Shown: positions 37,874 to 49,804 of the stretch, in pieces
Layout of the letters: each line of letters opens with the position of its first letter
How positions within the stretch are numbered: position 1 is the first letter of the stretch
Assembly: GCA_032718475.1 (NCBI GenBank)
Contig: JAUCBJ010007871.1
Coordinates: 1 to 53,746, forward strand
Length of the DNA stretch: 53,746 bases
Reading direction: 5' to 3'
Source of the DNA: Nemertoderma westbladi
Lineage: Eukaryota; Animalia; Xenacoelomorpha
Notes under the pieces: generated by a model
Told to the model about the DNA's origin: nothing
Databases searched by the model: none
The model's input: the letters and a program-made list of their open reading frames with translations, nothing else
Translations under genes and position numbers: made by a program

Positions 37874-39043
37874 TGTTCGCGCTTTTAGACCTTTAGCAGT
37901 TTAACCTGCCAAATTTAGGTGTCTTCTAGGTTATAAATCGACTTTAGCCTATAACAAGTATTTGATACACATAAGTTACATTAGCCGAAGCCAGCCTATG
38001 CGCGATCATTCACCCACGGTTAAGGGAGACTGGATTCGGATGCTCTGACCTTATTGCGGTGTAGGCCTACTGTACTATTCGATTGATCGTTAATATATAA
38101 TCTCTGACAAATATTATTCACTTTCAGGAAATATTAACAGTTCCTTTAGGACATGGCGCTCTAAGTATGTAAACAGAGTTATGACTTACACTAAACACAA
38201 CGGGATAGCTAATGATCTTCGTATAAAGCGCATTCTTTAGGAAATGCTTTGTTATCTGTCATACTCATGCACACTACCTCACACTGCTGCACACAGATCT
38301 GCCGACCTTCACTAAATTTGATCATATATAAGGAGAACAGCAACTGACACATGTAGGGTCTATGAAATAGCATTCAATTCACTCCAAAACCACTATAATG
38401 TAAGTCGCAATTGCTATATATAACCGGTCTCTCTAACCTTCAGTATATCAAGAAGATTGGGGTTTTATGATTATTCCTCGATATTCTCCAAATATAACAA
38501 CATATCAATCAACTTCTAACAATTAATAACCGACAGTAAATAGCAGTAAAATAATGCGGTTCAAGGTATGTATAGCATTTGAGTCTGACCAGTTCGATAA
38601 CAGTTATACGTTTCTATGATCAAAGCCGTTCTAATGTTTTGGCTAAAGTCTGAAACACAGAATAATTCCACAGCCGATGTTCTGGGCTCAGGAAGAAAGG
38701 TAAACAAAGACCATAATGCATTGCGCGATTTCCCGGAGGCTTCTGTGCAAATAAAATGAAAATCGCTCTGATTGGTCGAGCCGAACAAAGAACAAAGAAA
38801 AGCTATACGTGGACATATCAGCTGATAGATGTCGTCATCTGAACTACACTGTATCAAGAGTATTTTGGCGTATTGCGGCATAAAATCGCTAGTTATGTCC
38901 GCTAAAGTACATATACAGAAAAATGGCTTTTTATGTCCACTAAAACACCTACACAGTAAGAAAATGGCTTTTTATGTCCGTTAAAACACCTAAAGAGTAC
39001 TTTGCGGGGAAAATGACTAGCTAGATCCGCAAAAGCTTTTACA
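37874..39043 (-). repeat. 5' LTR of BEL copy 2
   Basis: Direct repeat of 23773-24942, followed by TSD CCACC. Confidence 0.97.
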
Positions 39044-39057
39044 CCACCTGGACGTCA

Positions 39058-39688
39058 TTGCCGACACTGCAAAGCTGTGCCCAACAAAAGGAAAAGATGG
39101 AACTGACTTAAACTGACTTAAATAGATGGAACTGAGGCTAAATATTTGATAGGACTATGTATGATAAGTGTGACGGGATCAAGGGATCCCGACCGGGTTG
39201 AGTTCTCACGCGTCACAGCAGGCTGATGGGTGGATGTGGTAAAATGTAAAAGGGGTTTGAGTTCGGTGTTCAACTGATAGTATAATATAAACTAATGATA
39301 GCACTGAGTAAACTGAGTTAACCGGTAGACATTGATAATATATGCATAGCAGCACCGCAATGACGGCAGAACTATGTTGCCGACACTGCAAAGCTGTGCC
39401 CAACAAAAGGAAAAGCCCAAGCATTTAAATAGATGGAACTGAGGCTAAATATTTGATAGGACTGTGTATGATAAGTGTGACGGGATCAAGGGATCCCGAC
39501 TGGGTTGAGTTCTCACGCGTCATAGCAGGCTGATGGGTGGATGTGGTAAAATGTAAAAGGGGTTTGAGTTCGGTGTTCAACTGATAGTATAATATAAACT
39601 AATGATAGCACTGAGTAAACTGAGTTAACCGGTAGACATTGATAATATATGCATAGCAGCACTGCAATGATGGCAGAACTATGTTGCC
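39058..39688. repeat. ~310-bp tandem duplication spanning flank plus left end of the solo LTR
   Basis: TTGCCGACACTGCAAAG...GCAGAACTATG occurs twice; TTGCCG microhomology at the junctions. Confidence 0.9.
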
Positions 39689-40070
39689 GGCCTGCACTAA
39701 ACTGATGACTGAGTAAACTGGACCTGTAACGGCATGCAACATAATATATATGTGCTTGTTACTCCTATACTACTGTGGCCTCTTAACCTAGTGGATGCTT
39801 CCCTTGCCCCTATTGGCTAATAATCGACTTCACGCCTCTCACTCTCTCTGGGAGTGTTTCCCCCTGCTGTTGGCCCCTGCTGGTTGTTTCCTCTCCCGAG
39901 GTGATTTGACCTCTAACCTCCCATTGTGTGGCTTTGAGGTTTGTGTTGTCCCCGGTTATTGGTTGTGATACGAGATTGGTTATCGCCAATCTCATATCTC
40001 CAATATTGCTGAAAAGGCGCCACTGCCCTAACTTTGTGAGTGTAATGCGGCAGAATTGAATCCGCTCACA
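39476..40070. mobile_element. Solo LTR of a different family (595 bp)
   Basis: TGTGACGGG...CCGCTCACA ends; 5-bp TSD ATAAG at 39471-39475 and 40071-40075; related fragment at ~43358-43447. Confidence 0.75.
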
Positions 40071-40609
40071 ATAAGGCAAATTTAATCCAGAAGAATTACA
40101 TAACCTTGTAGATGGTAATCATTGTATTGGAAATTGTAATAAATAATTAATGTTAAGCATTAATATCTCCAACCAATATTTTATTATTGGTTGGGGTATA
40201 ATTTTCAACTAAATGTTTGACATCAGAAATTATATTCATTATTGGCCATAGGCTTCAGAGGCTATGGTAGCCATGGCCACTAACAATACAGTATTCAGTA
40301 ATATGTATGTATACACATAATTATATGTATATTTAATATTCAATATTCAATAATCCCTCTGATTAATAGGTCCATACTATAGTGTTCCAAGAAATCTATT
40401 ATACAGGCAAGAAGCAATAGTCCTGCAACAAAATCGTATTTGATCTTAATATATTATACTTGAATATATTCTTGGTCTATCTGCTCAAACATGTAGATTT
40501 GCACACATAACAGGTGTTCCGGGGTGATTATAAAGCATCTCATACATCAATCTGTCAATCTATCATTATTTTGTAGTTTTATTATTAGTTTTGTCTTCCT
40601 GTACTCGGT

Positions 40610-40640
<31 letters not shown>

Positions 40641-41026
40641 TCCTGTACTAAGACGCCCATGCCTACATACACCCAGGTTAGTTAAGGAGCAGGTTACAGA
40701 AACAGAAGCAAGTTGTTGAAATCACAACTTAATTGAGAATCAACAGTCAGGTGTAGAGGCCTACCGGCTTACAGTACATGTAGGTGTCTGTCTTTGTAAG
40801 GTTTACCAACGCGTGAAATGCAAGGGACTTATTTCAAGGACTTATTCAATACCTACTAGTGGTAAGAAGCCAGCAATTGTTTTCAACGGTTGGGTGAATA
40901 CTTAGCATGCGAGTATTCTTAACCCGCGGGTATTCTAACCCACAAGTTAGCAAAGGAACAGGTTAGTAAAGGAGCAGGTTTCAGAAGCGTATTGGAGGAA
41001 CCAAAACAATAAACGTTATTCTTTTG

Positions 41027-41125
41027 CGGGCTAAGAATACCCATGGGCTAAGAATACTCGTGGGCTAAGAATACCCTTGGGCTAAGAATACTCGCGGGCT
41101 AAGAATACTCATGGGCTAAGAATTC
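41027..41125. repeat. 19-bp tandem repeat (GGGCTAAGAATAC core) with inverted units at ~40910-40941; probable MITE end
   Basis: Five visible units; GTATTCTTAACCC inverted copies upstream. Confidence 0.7.
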
Positions 41126-41930
41126 CTGAGACCTTTTAAACATTGTTCGCCATAAGATCCAGCTTGTGTACATGCATAATTGCGCTTTGGCAGGCCCATG
41201 GAGAAAATAAGAATGGGGACAGCCTTTCTTTCTTGAGATACCTCATAAAGGACATAGGCCTTAAAGATGTGGATAATCTCGCGAAAGTCATAGGGGATAG
41301 ACTAATTAATAAACTATCTCGAGGTTAGAGTTAATTATCACCTTATGTCATGTGATGTTTTTACAGAGATTTCGAAAGAAATTGCTTCCCATTTCGTTAT
41401 TTAGATTACTCCTTTCGTTGAGGGTTCAATTTGGAATTCCTTTGTCATTTCTGAATGCTGAGTTTTATATCTTAATTGGATGTTGGCTTTGCCAGCAGAG
41501 CGGTGAGATGAAATCACTGTCATGGCAATAATCTACACCTATAAAAGTATAAATCTATCTGTCCCTCAGCTCGAACCACTCCTAAACGGGTAGAGGGATT
41601 GCACTTGGATATTAATATTCATACACTTAATATTTCGTCTTTTCTTTCCGTGCTGTAGCATAGATCGATTTTGAGTACGATTTGAGCCCCTTATGCACTT
41701 TGTATTTGCATTTGCATAAACGTCTACTATCTACTACTATCTATGAATAGTAGTTGTTTTTGTGTTTGACCCTTTTTCTTCATTGCAACTAGCAGTTGGG
41801 ACTTGAAATTTGTGGTGCATCATATTTTTTATGGAGGATTTAGTTATGTTAAGTTTGGAAATGTGGAGTCAGACAGTGGAGTGATGGACTTTAAGCCCCA
41901 TATATACTACATTTGAAGTTGGTCTACAAG

Positions 41931-43238
41931 ATGTCAGAAGGAGCAGCTTCTGTTATATCAAATGATGAAACAAATAAAATTATTAGTAACCAGAATGGAC
42001 ATCAAAAGGGAAGGCGATTTTATATGTTGGTAGCCATGTTGCTAATGTATCAAATGATACCAGGTTGGTGTCAGAATCTATTAGAATCTTTCTTTCCAAT
42101 TGTTGTAGAAGAACGTGGTTGGTCGAAGACTCTGATTGGCGCATTATTGGCAATGTTTTCTACTGTCAGACTTATAATATACATTAGTTGCCCTCATTCT
42201 ATCAACAATTGGGGAACTCGTATCTCTTTGGGCCTATTCGGTATTATTGGGGCTGTTTCCCAATTGGCGTTTGGGTTTGTTGAATATATACCCAACAACA
42301 ACAATGGGTTATTTATATTTGCATGTTTTTCTCTGCGCATTATTGAAGCAGTTGGACTCAACATCAGTTTTATGTATTCATACAGTCTATTGATGGAATT
42401 GTGGCCAACACAAAGAGCAATATTAGCTAGTCTAGCTGTTGTTTGTGGAACTATGGGATCATTGGTTGCACCAGTTTTTGGTTCAACCATTTTTGCTTCA
42501 TTGGGTTTTATGTTCCCATTTATATTATCGGGTTTGATATTTCTTATTATTAACATTTATTGCTGGTTGGAGTCGCCACCTTATATATATCACAGATACA
42601 AATCAAAAGACAGACCGACCTATCTTGGGCTTTTGAAGAATCCAGCAATTACAATTATATTTATTCTGATGGTATGTGCCAGAATAATATCATCCTTTAG
42701 TGTTGCAAACTATGCTGCCTACATTCACCACCAATACAATGTCAACCAGTACAATGTTGGTTTGATTTATATAATATTTCCAGGTCTCGCAACTTCTACT
42801 GGTGTAATAATGTCTGCAATGATGCCAAAATTGAAACATATATTAGGCTTACCAACCATAATCGGTGCAATGCTACAGGCAGTGTCAATGCAACTAATAG
42901 GCCCTACTGAGTTACTAGGTTTACCTCATGATCTCAACATCTCTATCACTGGATGTGCTCTCCTTGGATTAGGTTGTGGATTATTTCAATCTCCTGCACT
43001 TGAAACACAAACACAAATGGCTGTAAATGTTTGTGGTTATCATGATAATGTTGATACCAGATCACTTCTCCAACAAATGTATAGAATTGCATTCTCCATT
43101 GGAGCTATCATAGGTCCCATTATTGGTGGATTCTTCAATGATTACTTTGGAATGGAGCTTGCTTGCTCACTTCTCAGTTTGTTTGAGTTGCCTTTTATCT
43201 TTGCACTACTGGTTGTATTCGCCTTTAAATATTTGTGA
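41931..43238 (+). CDS. MFS transporter, SLC18B1-like (435 aa, single coding exon), paralog B
   Basis: Clear paralog of 22037-23344; ATG at 41931 (MSEGA...) matches MSQGA... of paralog A, so the TTG start at 41913 in the ORF track is not used here. Confidence 0.85.
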   Translation: MSEGAASVISNDETNKIISNQNGHQKGRRFYMLVAMLLMYQMIPGWCQNLLESFFPIVVEERGWSKTLIGALLAMFSTVRLIIYISCPHSINNWGTRISLGLFGIIGAVSQLAFGFVEYIPNNNNGLFIFACFSLRIIEAVGLNISFMYSYSLLMELWPTQRAILASLAVVCGTMGSLVAPVFGSTIFASLGFMFPFILSGLIFLIINIYCWLESPPYIYHRYKSKDRPTYLGLLKNPAITIIFILMVCARIISSFSVANYAAYIHHQYNVNQYNVGLIYIIFPGLATSTGVIMSAMMPKLKHILGLPTIIGAMLQAVSMQLIGPTELLGLPHDLNISITGCALLGLGCGLFQSPALETQTQMAVNVCGYHDNVDTRSLLQQMYRIAFSIGAIIGPIIGGFFNDYFGMELACSLLSLFELPFIFALLVVFAFKYL

Positions 43239-43494
43239 GAATTGCTATCCATATGTATAATGTATATAAATCCGCCATGATGATGGGGCTGGGTGATCTC
43301 CATTACTTTGTTGCATTGTGCTGTTTTTTGTAATCGTAGTATACAGTTGGCTGCCTTGGATCCCGACCCGGTAAATCTCTAGTCGTAGTTGTAGTTCCTC
43401 ACACGTCGCCGCGCTGATACTATCTGAAGGCTGATGGTGCCAGATGAAAAGAGTCTGATCTTATTACCTGATGTTATTGAGTCTCTGATATTAA

Positions 43495-43944
43495 GGGGGG
43501 GGGGGGGGGGGTACACCATTTTGGTCAAAAATATGTCGACAATATGCCATTATGGTCTATTATAATGCACCATTGAATGGTGTTTCCAAATCTGAAAACT
43601 GCTATTTAATAGCTCTTTTAGTTTTCAAGTTATAACAATTTCCATTTAGGGATTCCTATTGAAATTACTATTACTATGTATAATGAAAGGTCGATTATCT
43701 CCAAATATTTTTTTTATGAAATTGTCAACTTCAAAACCCTAGTACTTCTATAATTTTTGAGCAATTTGTCTGAAACTTTCTGTGGATGTCTAGATAGCCA
43801 CCCTGCATAAAAGTATCAGACAACTTTTCGAAATTATTTGTTAATAAAATTTAATACTATTTATAACAAACCTAAAAATTTAGCCTAAATTTGCAGCGCC
43901 ACCAAGCGGTGCAGAATTATTTTCACAAAATTCCCCCCCCCCCC
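43495..43944. mobile_element. Possible Kolobok-like MITE
   Basis: TTAA|GGGG...CCCC|TTAA boundaries; non-coding AT-rich interior. Confidence 0.5.
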
Positions 43945-44927
43945 TTAATAAGTAGATAATACAGCACAATTGGTATAACAGTATATAATATAGTGGGTGA
44001 CGGTAGAAAACTATGTAACTACTACACCAATAAAGTTGCCAACTGAATCAGTAGTCACATGCTGATAGTATATGTGGAAAATTATGGGGAATGTATTACA
44101 AAGTCCTAACAAGTAAACCTGCCAACCAATCGATACATCTTGTTACCACCAGCTGCGGTCCTCCCATTGGTCGGCTTATTACATTCTTATAATCCCATGT
44201 CACCTTTGCCCTGCGTTAGCCCCTTTCCCCTGAGATAGGTTATTAAACCATTTCCTTCTGGCTAACATTGCTGCCTACATACCCTTGGTATGCAATATTA
44301 GCTACATACCTGAACTGATTTGTAAATCAGTCCACCTCCCCATTCTCCCAGTAGGTGGCATGTAGCGGGATGGATCCACTTACAAAAGATTGTGGAACAA
44401 TATCAAATTTACAATGAAAGAATATAAAAAATGTCAATGCTATTCTATTATCTTTACAATTATAAGGTTCAATGGTTCGCTTATATTTTATACATTTTCC
44501 CACTCCGCAATGAAATTTATAATATGGGAATAAAATTACAGAATTTACATCACATTCAATAGCAATATATCCAGGTACTGGAGGAGCCTTGGTCATACAT
44601 AGCACTTCTCTAATAAAACAAAAACAAAAAATAAAACAAAAAATACTGTATGCAGTGTGTGGGACATGTATTGTTAACCTGGTTCTATGGCCTGATTCTA
44701 GTCGAGGCAGCCAACCAACCAAGAAGGAGATAATAACAAATATATTTATATTAGTAAATAAGAATTATTAAATAAGATAATACTGTGTAAGTAAGTACAT
44801 ATAAGATTATAATTATGTAGGTGGTATGTTATGTATTGTTTGTTTTATTTAAAAAGAAAATAGATTCAATGTTGTGGCAGCATCTGGTTAAGTTTTCAAT
44901 TGATTCAATTTTTAATATAGATATATG

Positions 44928-45196
44928 GTAATGGTGAAAAATATTGAGACTTGAAAAATAGCAAGAGTGAAAACATTAAGAGTAAAAATAGCGAGAGTAA
45001 AAACATTGAGAGTAAAAATAGCAAGAGTAAAAACATTGTGAGTAAAAATAGCGAGAGTAAAAACATTGAGAGTAAAAATATCGAGAGTAAAAATAATGAG
45101 TATTGGAAAATAACACGATTAAAAAATATTGAAAGTAAAAATAACGTGAGATAGAAAATATCCAGAGAAAAGAGTGTTGAAAAATATCAAGAGTAA
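44928..45196. repeat. 15-bp tandem repeat (GAGAGTAAAAATA core); shorter sister copy at ~46067-46165
   Basis: Both arrays begin GGTAATGGTGAAAAATAT.GAGACTTGAAAAATA. Confidence 0.85.
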
Positions 45197-45200
45197 CAAT

Positions 45201-45677
45201 TTTTATTCCAAAATTGTAACATTACTCAACGCCGTTAGTATTAACAGCGAGTTGTTATTTAGCACTTTACAACTTTAGAGGACATTACAGCATTGTATTG
45301 GCCTGTACAATTAGTATTGTAGTGGGTGTTGTAATGTCCCTTGTTTAAGTGGTAACCATTGACAGCGAGCTGTAAAGTTACGGCGTCATGGGCTACCACG
45401 TAAACAATAGGTGGAAATTTGCCTGACAGCCAGATAGGCCTACTACAATACCTACAGGCAAGCGGGGTATAGCTATTAATAACCAGTAGTAACCATAACA
45501 TGGCTCCAACCGCTACCATAAATATAAGCTAACTTAATTCTTAAATAATTTATGTCATTTTTACATTTATTTATACAGCAACTAATTTAATTTGTGCTTA
45601 ATAATATGTACTTAATAATAAGTACTTATAATATATATATATACAATCATTTCGTAATGTTACAGTTTTGAATAAAA
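45201..45677. mobile_element. MITE-like element with ~24-bp TIRs
   Basis: TTTTATTCCAAAATTGTAACATTAC versus GTAATGTTACAGTTTTGAATAAAA. Confidence 0.65.
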
Positions 45678-46399
45678 CTACATACATACTTGTTGCAAAG
45701 TACTTTACAGTGTTCTGATCATCGTGGCTTTATTTTCACTCACTCACCAACGTTTGTTGTGTAACAAAGCCACTCGGTTCATCACACTGTACACAGAAGT
45801 AGAAAATGCTAGCTAATATAAAAAATGTGATCTAGTACCAAAAAAATATGTTCTAGAACAAAAATATTCATCACAATTGATAGCTAGCACATCTATAATA
45901 TTTATTTTAAAAAATTGCAAAAACTAGCTAGTATAAAAAATATAGTCAATGGGTAGCCAAGATGTATTAACGCCATTTATTTTCACTTGCACTGTTGTAC
46001 CCCATGCACTGCAATTTTGTTCCATAATTCTAAATAAAATGCTCATGCAAAATGCAATATTTTTAGTGGTAATGGTGAAAAATATCGAGACTTGAAAAAT
46101 ATCGAGAGTTAATACATCGAGTAAAAATATCGAGAGTAAAAATAATGAGTATTGAAAAATAACGATTAACCTCTCAGCGTCTTGTCTCCACCATCATATC
46201 ATGCCTTTGTTCTGGCGTGGTAGCAGTTGTGTTTCAAATACCATCCCAACTCAACTACCCAACTTCAACTAAACAGCTGATCTTACCTATTTACCTTTAG
46301 GCCCTATTTTGGGTGCAGTATCCATTATATGTGACTCTACCTCTCTTACCTCCATTTCGCAAGACATTCGTCAGCACTATGGGTTCTAGGCTACTGGGC

Positions 46400-47288
46400 C
46401 CACTTTCTGGCCTTCAGCAAGTTCACCCTCCACTATAAGGAATGCCTGGAGGACTTGTACCAACACCCAGACATCTGCCGCCTTGTGCAGCAATGCAATG
46501 CATTGAGCTCCATTCTCGCCCATTAGCATGTATAAAACCGGAAATATACTAAGCCAAATTTACCTACCTAAACGAGCTACATACATCCGCTGAAGTTTGT
46601 ACCTTCTGTGCCCAGACAAGATGGTCTCCTTCAACTACTCCAATGCACGAGTCTACCCGTCCATTCTGCTGATGCACAATATGCACCGGCAGAACATGGT
46701 TCTAACAAGCATTTCCTTAGTATGTGTCTGTTTCTACTACAAGTCAACGTATTTCATCACCTGGGCTCATTTCATCCATATTGGCAAAGACTATGAATCC
46801 TTCAACCATTCTGATGCTGACAACAAGCCTACGCCTGAACCAGTCTCCGATCCCAAGGTCAACATTGTGGCTGTGCACCCAATTTCCTCGTTTATCGCTT
46901 ACTATAAGTGCAAACTGTATAGCTGTATATGACTGTATAGCAGTTCCTTATCCAACTTATTGAGGCATGATCATCCATCGAGCTCTGCATACCAATTACT
47001 CTTGGTTCACGTCAATTTCCCATCGAAGCAGACGGTTATGAATGATGTGATTGACAATGTGTCATTCGATCTTCTCTATGACGACCTCAACTTCTTATTC
47101 CATTGTCTAATCGTGGCTAGACTCAGTGTACCACTACTGGGCTGGTATGCTGTTCCTCTCTACGAACGATATCACCATACATCCTGCTCAGTATTTAGTG
47201 TCATTTCATGACAGCAGCTCCACCCAGTACCTACTGCCAAGCCCTGGTTATTGTCCTCCATCATCTTGCCCGGTGAATTGCTCACTCT
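46400..47288 (+). pseudogene. Very decayed coding remnant, possibly Academ-like transposase; seems to continue at ~50390-50600
   Basis: Frameshifted pieces RAT..*SLYL, FNYSNARVY and FIHIGKDYE, and after the Penelope insertion PSKLLNHGW and LVPCSC, loosely follow the Academ motif order from memory. Confidence 0.3.
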
Positions 47289-47344
47289 CGCCAAGGGTAG
47301 TATGTAGAAAATATCTTTTTCAGGTAACCAAAAAGAGTTTAATC

Positions 47345-47401
47345 GCCAAATATTTAAACCACGTATAATACAATATTATACGTCAGGCCTTCATCAGTGG
47401 C
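47345..47401 (-). ncRNA. Minimal type I hammerhead ribozyme motif (GAAA mutated to TAAA)
   Basis: GCCA-CTGATGA-AGGCC-long hairpin-GGTT-TAAA-TATT-TGGC. Confidence 0.6.
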
Positions 47402-47572
47402 TAAGACGGCAATGCTACAACTAAAGAACTACCGGCACCAACAGCACTACTATTACTAAAGACTACAGCACAATATAAAAACACAAATTGTAATACTGAC
47501 CTAATTAACTGGGGCACGGTACCGGTAGAGGCCTACACTTGAAAGGTAGTAGTACACTAGTATACTAGTAAT

Positions 47573-49315
47573 CATAACTACTTTGGTGAACGAGTTGGAA
47601 CAGGGGTGCACCACGGAGCAGCGGTGGTTCGCGGATGACGGGAACGCAGCGGGGAGTCTAACCGAACTCAGAAAGTTCTTCGACATCATCGCAGCGCGGG
47701 GGCCGCATTATGGGTATTACTCCACCAAGTACTGCCTCATGGTGAAGTCGGACAGGTTACTGGAGGCGGAGGAGTTGTTCGCCGGCACCAACATTGCAAT
47801 TAATATCGTTGGAAGTAAACTTCTCGGTGGCATCATTGGCACTGAGGAGTTCCGTCGGCAGTTCCTCTTAGAGAAGGTCGCAGAGTTCGCAGCCGAGGTC
47901 GATCGGCTAGCAGATATAGCCACGGTGGATCCCCACTGCACCTACGCGGGACTAGCGTTTGGGCTGGCCTGCCGGTGGCGGTACATAGCGCGGGTCGTAC
48001 CGGGGGCGACGGAGCAGTTTGGGAAGCTTGAGGAGTCTGTAGGGCGGTTTCTCTGTCGCCTCACCGACCGGGCAGTTATTCTGACAGAGGAGCGAGAGTT
48101 GTTGTCGCTGCCAGTTCGCGACGGGGGGCTGAATGTCCCGGTCCCTCGGGATCTCGAGTCTCAATACCAGAACTCCCGCCGAGTCTGCGAACCGTTCGTA
48201 GGGGCCACCGCAGATACGATGTCGGAAGTTCGGGAAGAGCAGATCGACATCATAAAGACGCTCAAAATAGTGACAGCAGCTGCAAACAAAGAAAAGAAGG
48301 AAGAAGTGTGCAGTAAGCTGCCACAGAATCAACAGTAACTGTGTGATCTAGTGGGAGAGAAAGGAGCTTCAGCCTGGCTAAACTGTAAACCTATGACCTT
48401 ACAGGATACTCACCTCGACAAGGACGGGTTCCGTGATTCCCTGTGCCTCCGCTACGGGTGGACGCCGCGAAATTTACCGTCTCGTTGTGCCTGTGGGGTG
48501 CGATTTACTTCGTCCCACGTGCTGTCGTGCCCCACCGGAGGGTTCCCCTCCATACGGCACAACGAGATTCGCGATTTCGTCGCCGATACCCTGACGGAAG
48601 TGGCACACAATGTCGGGGTGGAACCACTTCTGCAGCCACTATCGGGTGAGACGTTCAGCCATCAGTCGACATCGACGGACCAGCAGGTGAGGCTGGATGT
48701 GTCGGTGAGCGGATTCTGGGGAAACCGTTTCCGGAAAACGTTCATCGACGTGTCTGTCTTCAACCCGCTGGCGGACACCAATGCCGCGATGTCCCTTCCG
48801 GCATCCCACCTACACCATGAGTCTCGCAAGAGGCTCAAATACGAAGAGCGGTTGAGGGAGGTGGAGCACGCCAGCTTCACTCCCCTTATATTCTCTGCGT
48901 TTGGTGTAGCTTCACCGTCAGCCACACAGTTTATCAAGCGTCTCGCGTTGAAACTGGCTGACAAACGCGAGGTCCGCTATTCAGAGTGTGTTGTGTGGGT
49001 TCGCAGGAGGTTGAGTTTCGCCCTTTTGCGGTCAGCCCTCCTGTGCCTTCGCGGCTGTCGATCAGCTAAGCGGCGTCCGGTTCGGTGCGACGTGGAGTCG
49101 ATCATCCACAGCAATGCCGACTGCAACCCGGCGTAGGCGACTGTGGATATCAACCCTCCAAGTTTGGAGGACAGTCAGACAGTATCATATACTAACTGTA
49201 GTATTAATTTAACAGTGTATATTTGTCTGGTTGTTGGTGGTGGTTGCTATGCGATCTGATGTGCATCAGCTGTTTTTACAAGCTTTAATAATAAATATAC
49301 GTCTATAAAAAAAAA
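47573..49315 (+). mobile_element. 5'-truncated CRE-clade (RLE) non-LTR retrotransposon nested in the Penelope element
   Basis: GC-rich block; AATAAA at 49290 and a poly(A) tail; 14-bp TSD AGTATACTAGTAAT at 47559-47572 and 49316-49329. Confidence 0.88.
47583..49136 (+). pseudogene. RT C-terminal half, Zn knuckle and restriction-like endonuclease of the CRE-like element; one in-frame stop at 48336-48338
   Basis: WFADD, LPVRDGGL, CACG...HVLSC, RHNEIRD, RLDVSV...FIDVSV...KRLKY; the two ORF pieces are in the same frame. Confidence 0.88.
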
Positions 49316-49498
49316 AGTATACTAGTAATACAGTAATACTAGTACACTAGTAATACACAGTATAATTACAGTATATAAACGGGAGTGGGGGGGGGGGGGG
49401 GGGGGGTTTGTGGAGTGGGGGTTATGTGAGACAACTTCCAAAACGCTTACCAACCAGTGTTGTGTGTGGGTATGTATTGTGTGTTTAGTGTGGGGTGC

Positions 49499-49804
49499 TC
49501 ATGCGTAGTGTTTTTCGCTTATTTTACGATCCGCCCAATCTTTGCATTTACGCTTAATTAGTATTTTGAAGGGTTGTGGGTGATTGGCATGTCCAGGGTG
49601 TTTATCCAGGAAGTGTTGGCCGATGGCTTCTTTACGGTTTCCACCGCGTACAGAGTTACAATGTCTGTTGATACGTTCCCGTATGGGTCCTACTGTCTCG
49701 CCTATGTAGTTGGTGACGCGACTAATACATAGGTTGCAAACGATCTCGTACACCACATTCCTCACCATACAGTCTTTCGGACCGTTATTACACGTATAAC
49801 ACAT
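49499..49804 (-). pseudogene. Penelope-type GIY-YIG endonuclease fragment
   Basis: CYTC...NVVYEIVCNLC...YIGET...RERINRH...IGQHF..KH...RKISE: GIY-YIG with the CCHH residues typical of PLEs. Confidence 0.88.

Larger units (their letters stand above)
23773..39043 (-). mobile_element. BEL/Pao LTR retrotransposon, copy 2, both LTRs present (15.3 kb), defective
   Basis: Two 1170-bp LTRs with TG...CA ends; 5-bp TSD CCACC at 23768-23772 and 39044-39048; fragmented gag-pol homologous to copy 1. Confidence 0.97.

Noticed and set aside
39169-39240. HDV-like ribozyme suggested by GTGACG...CGTCAC and GCTGATGGG
   Set aside because: P1.1, P2 and P4 pairings could not be built; better explained as the start of an LTR.
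44951-45154. SKNIE-repeat ORF
   Set aside because: Translation of the 15-bp tandem repeat.
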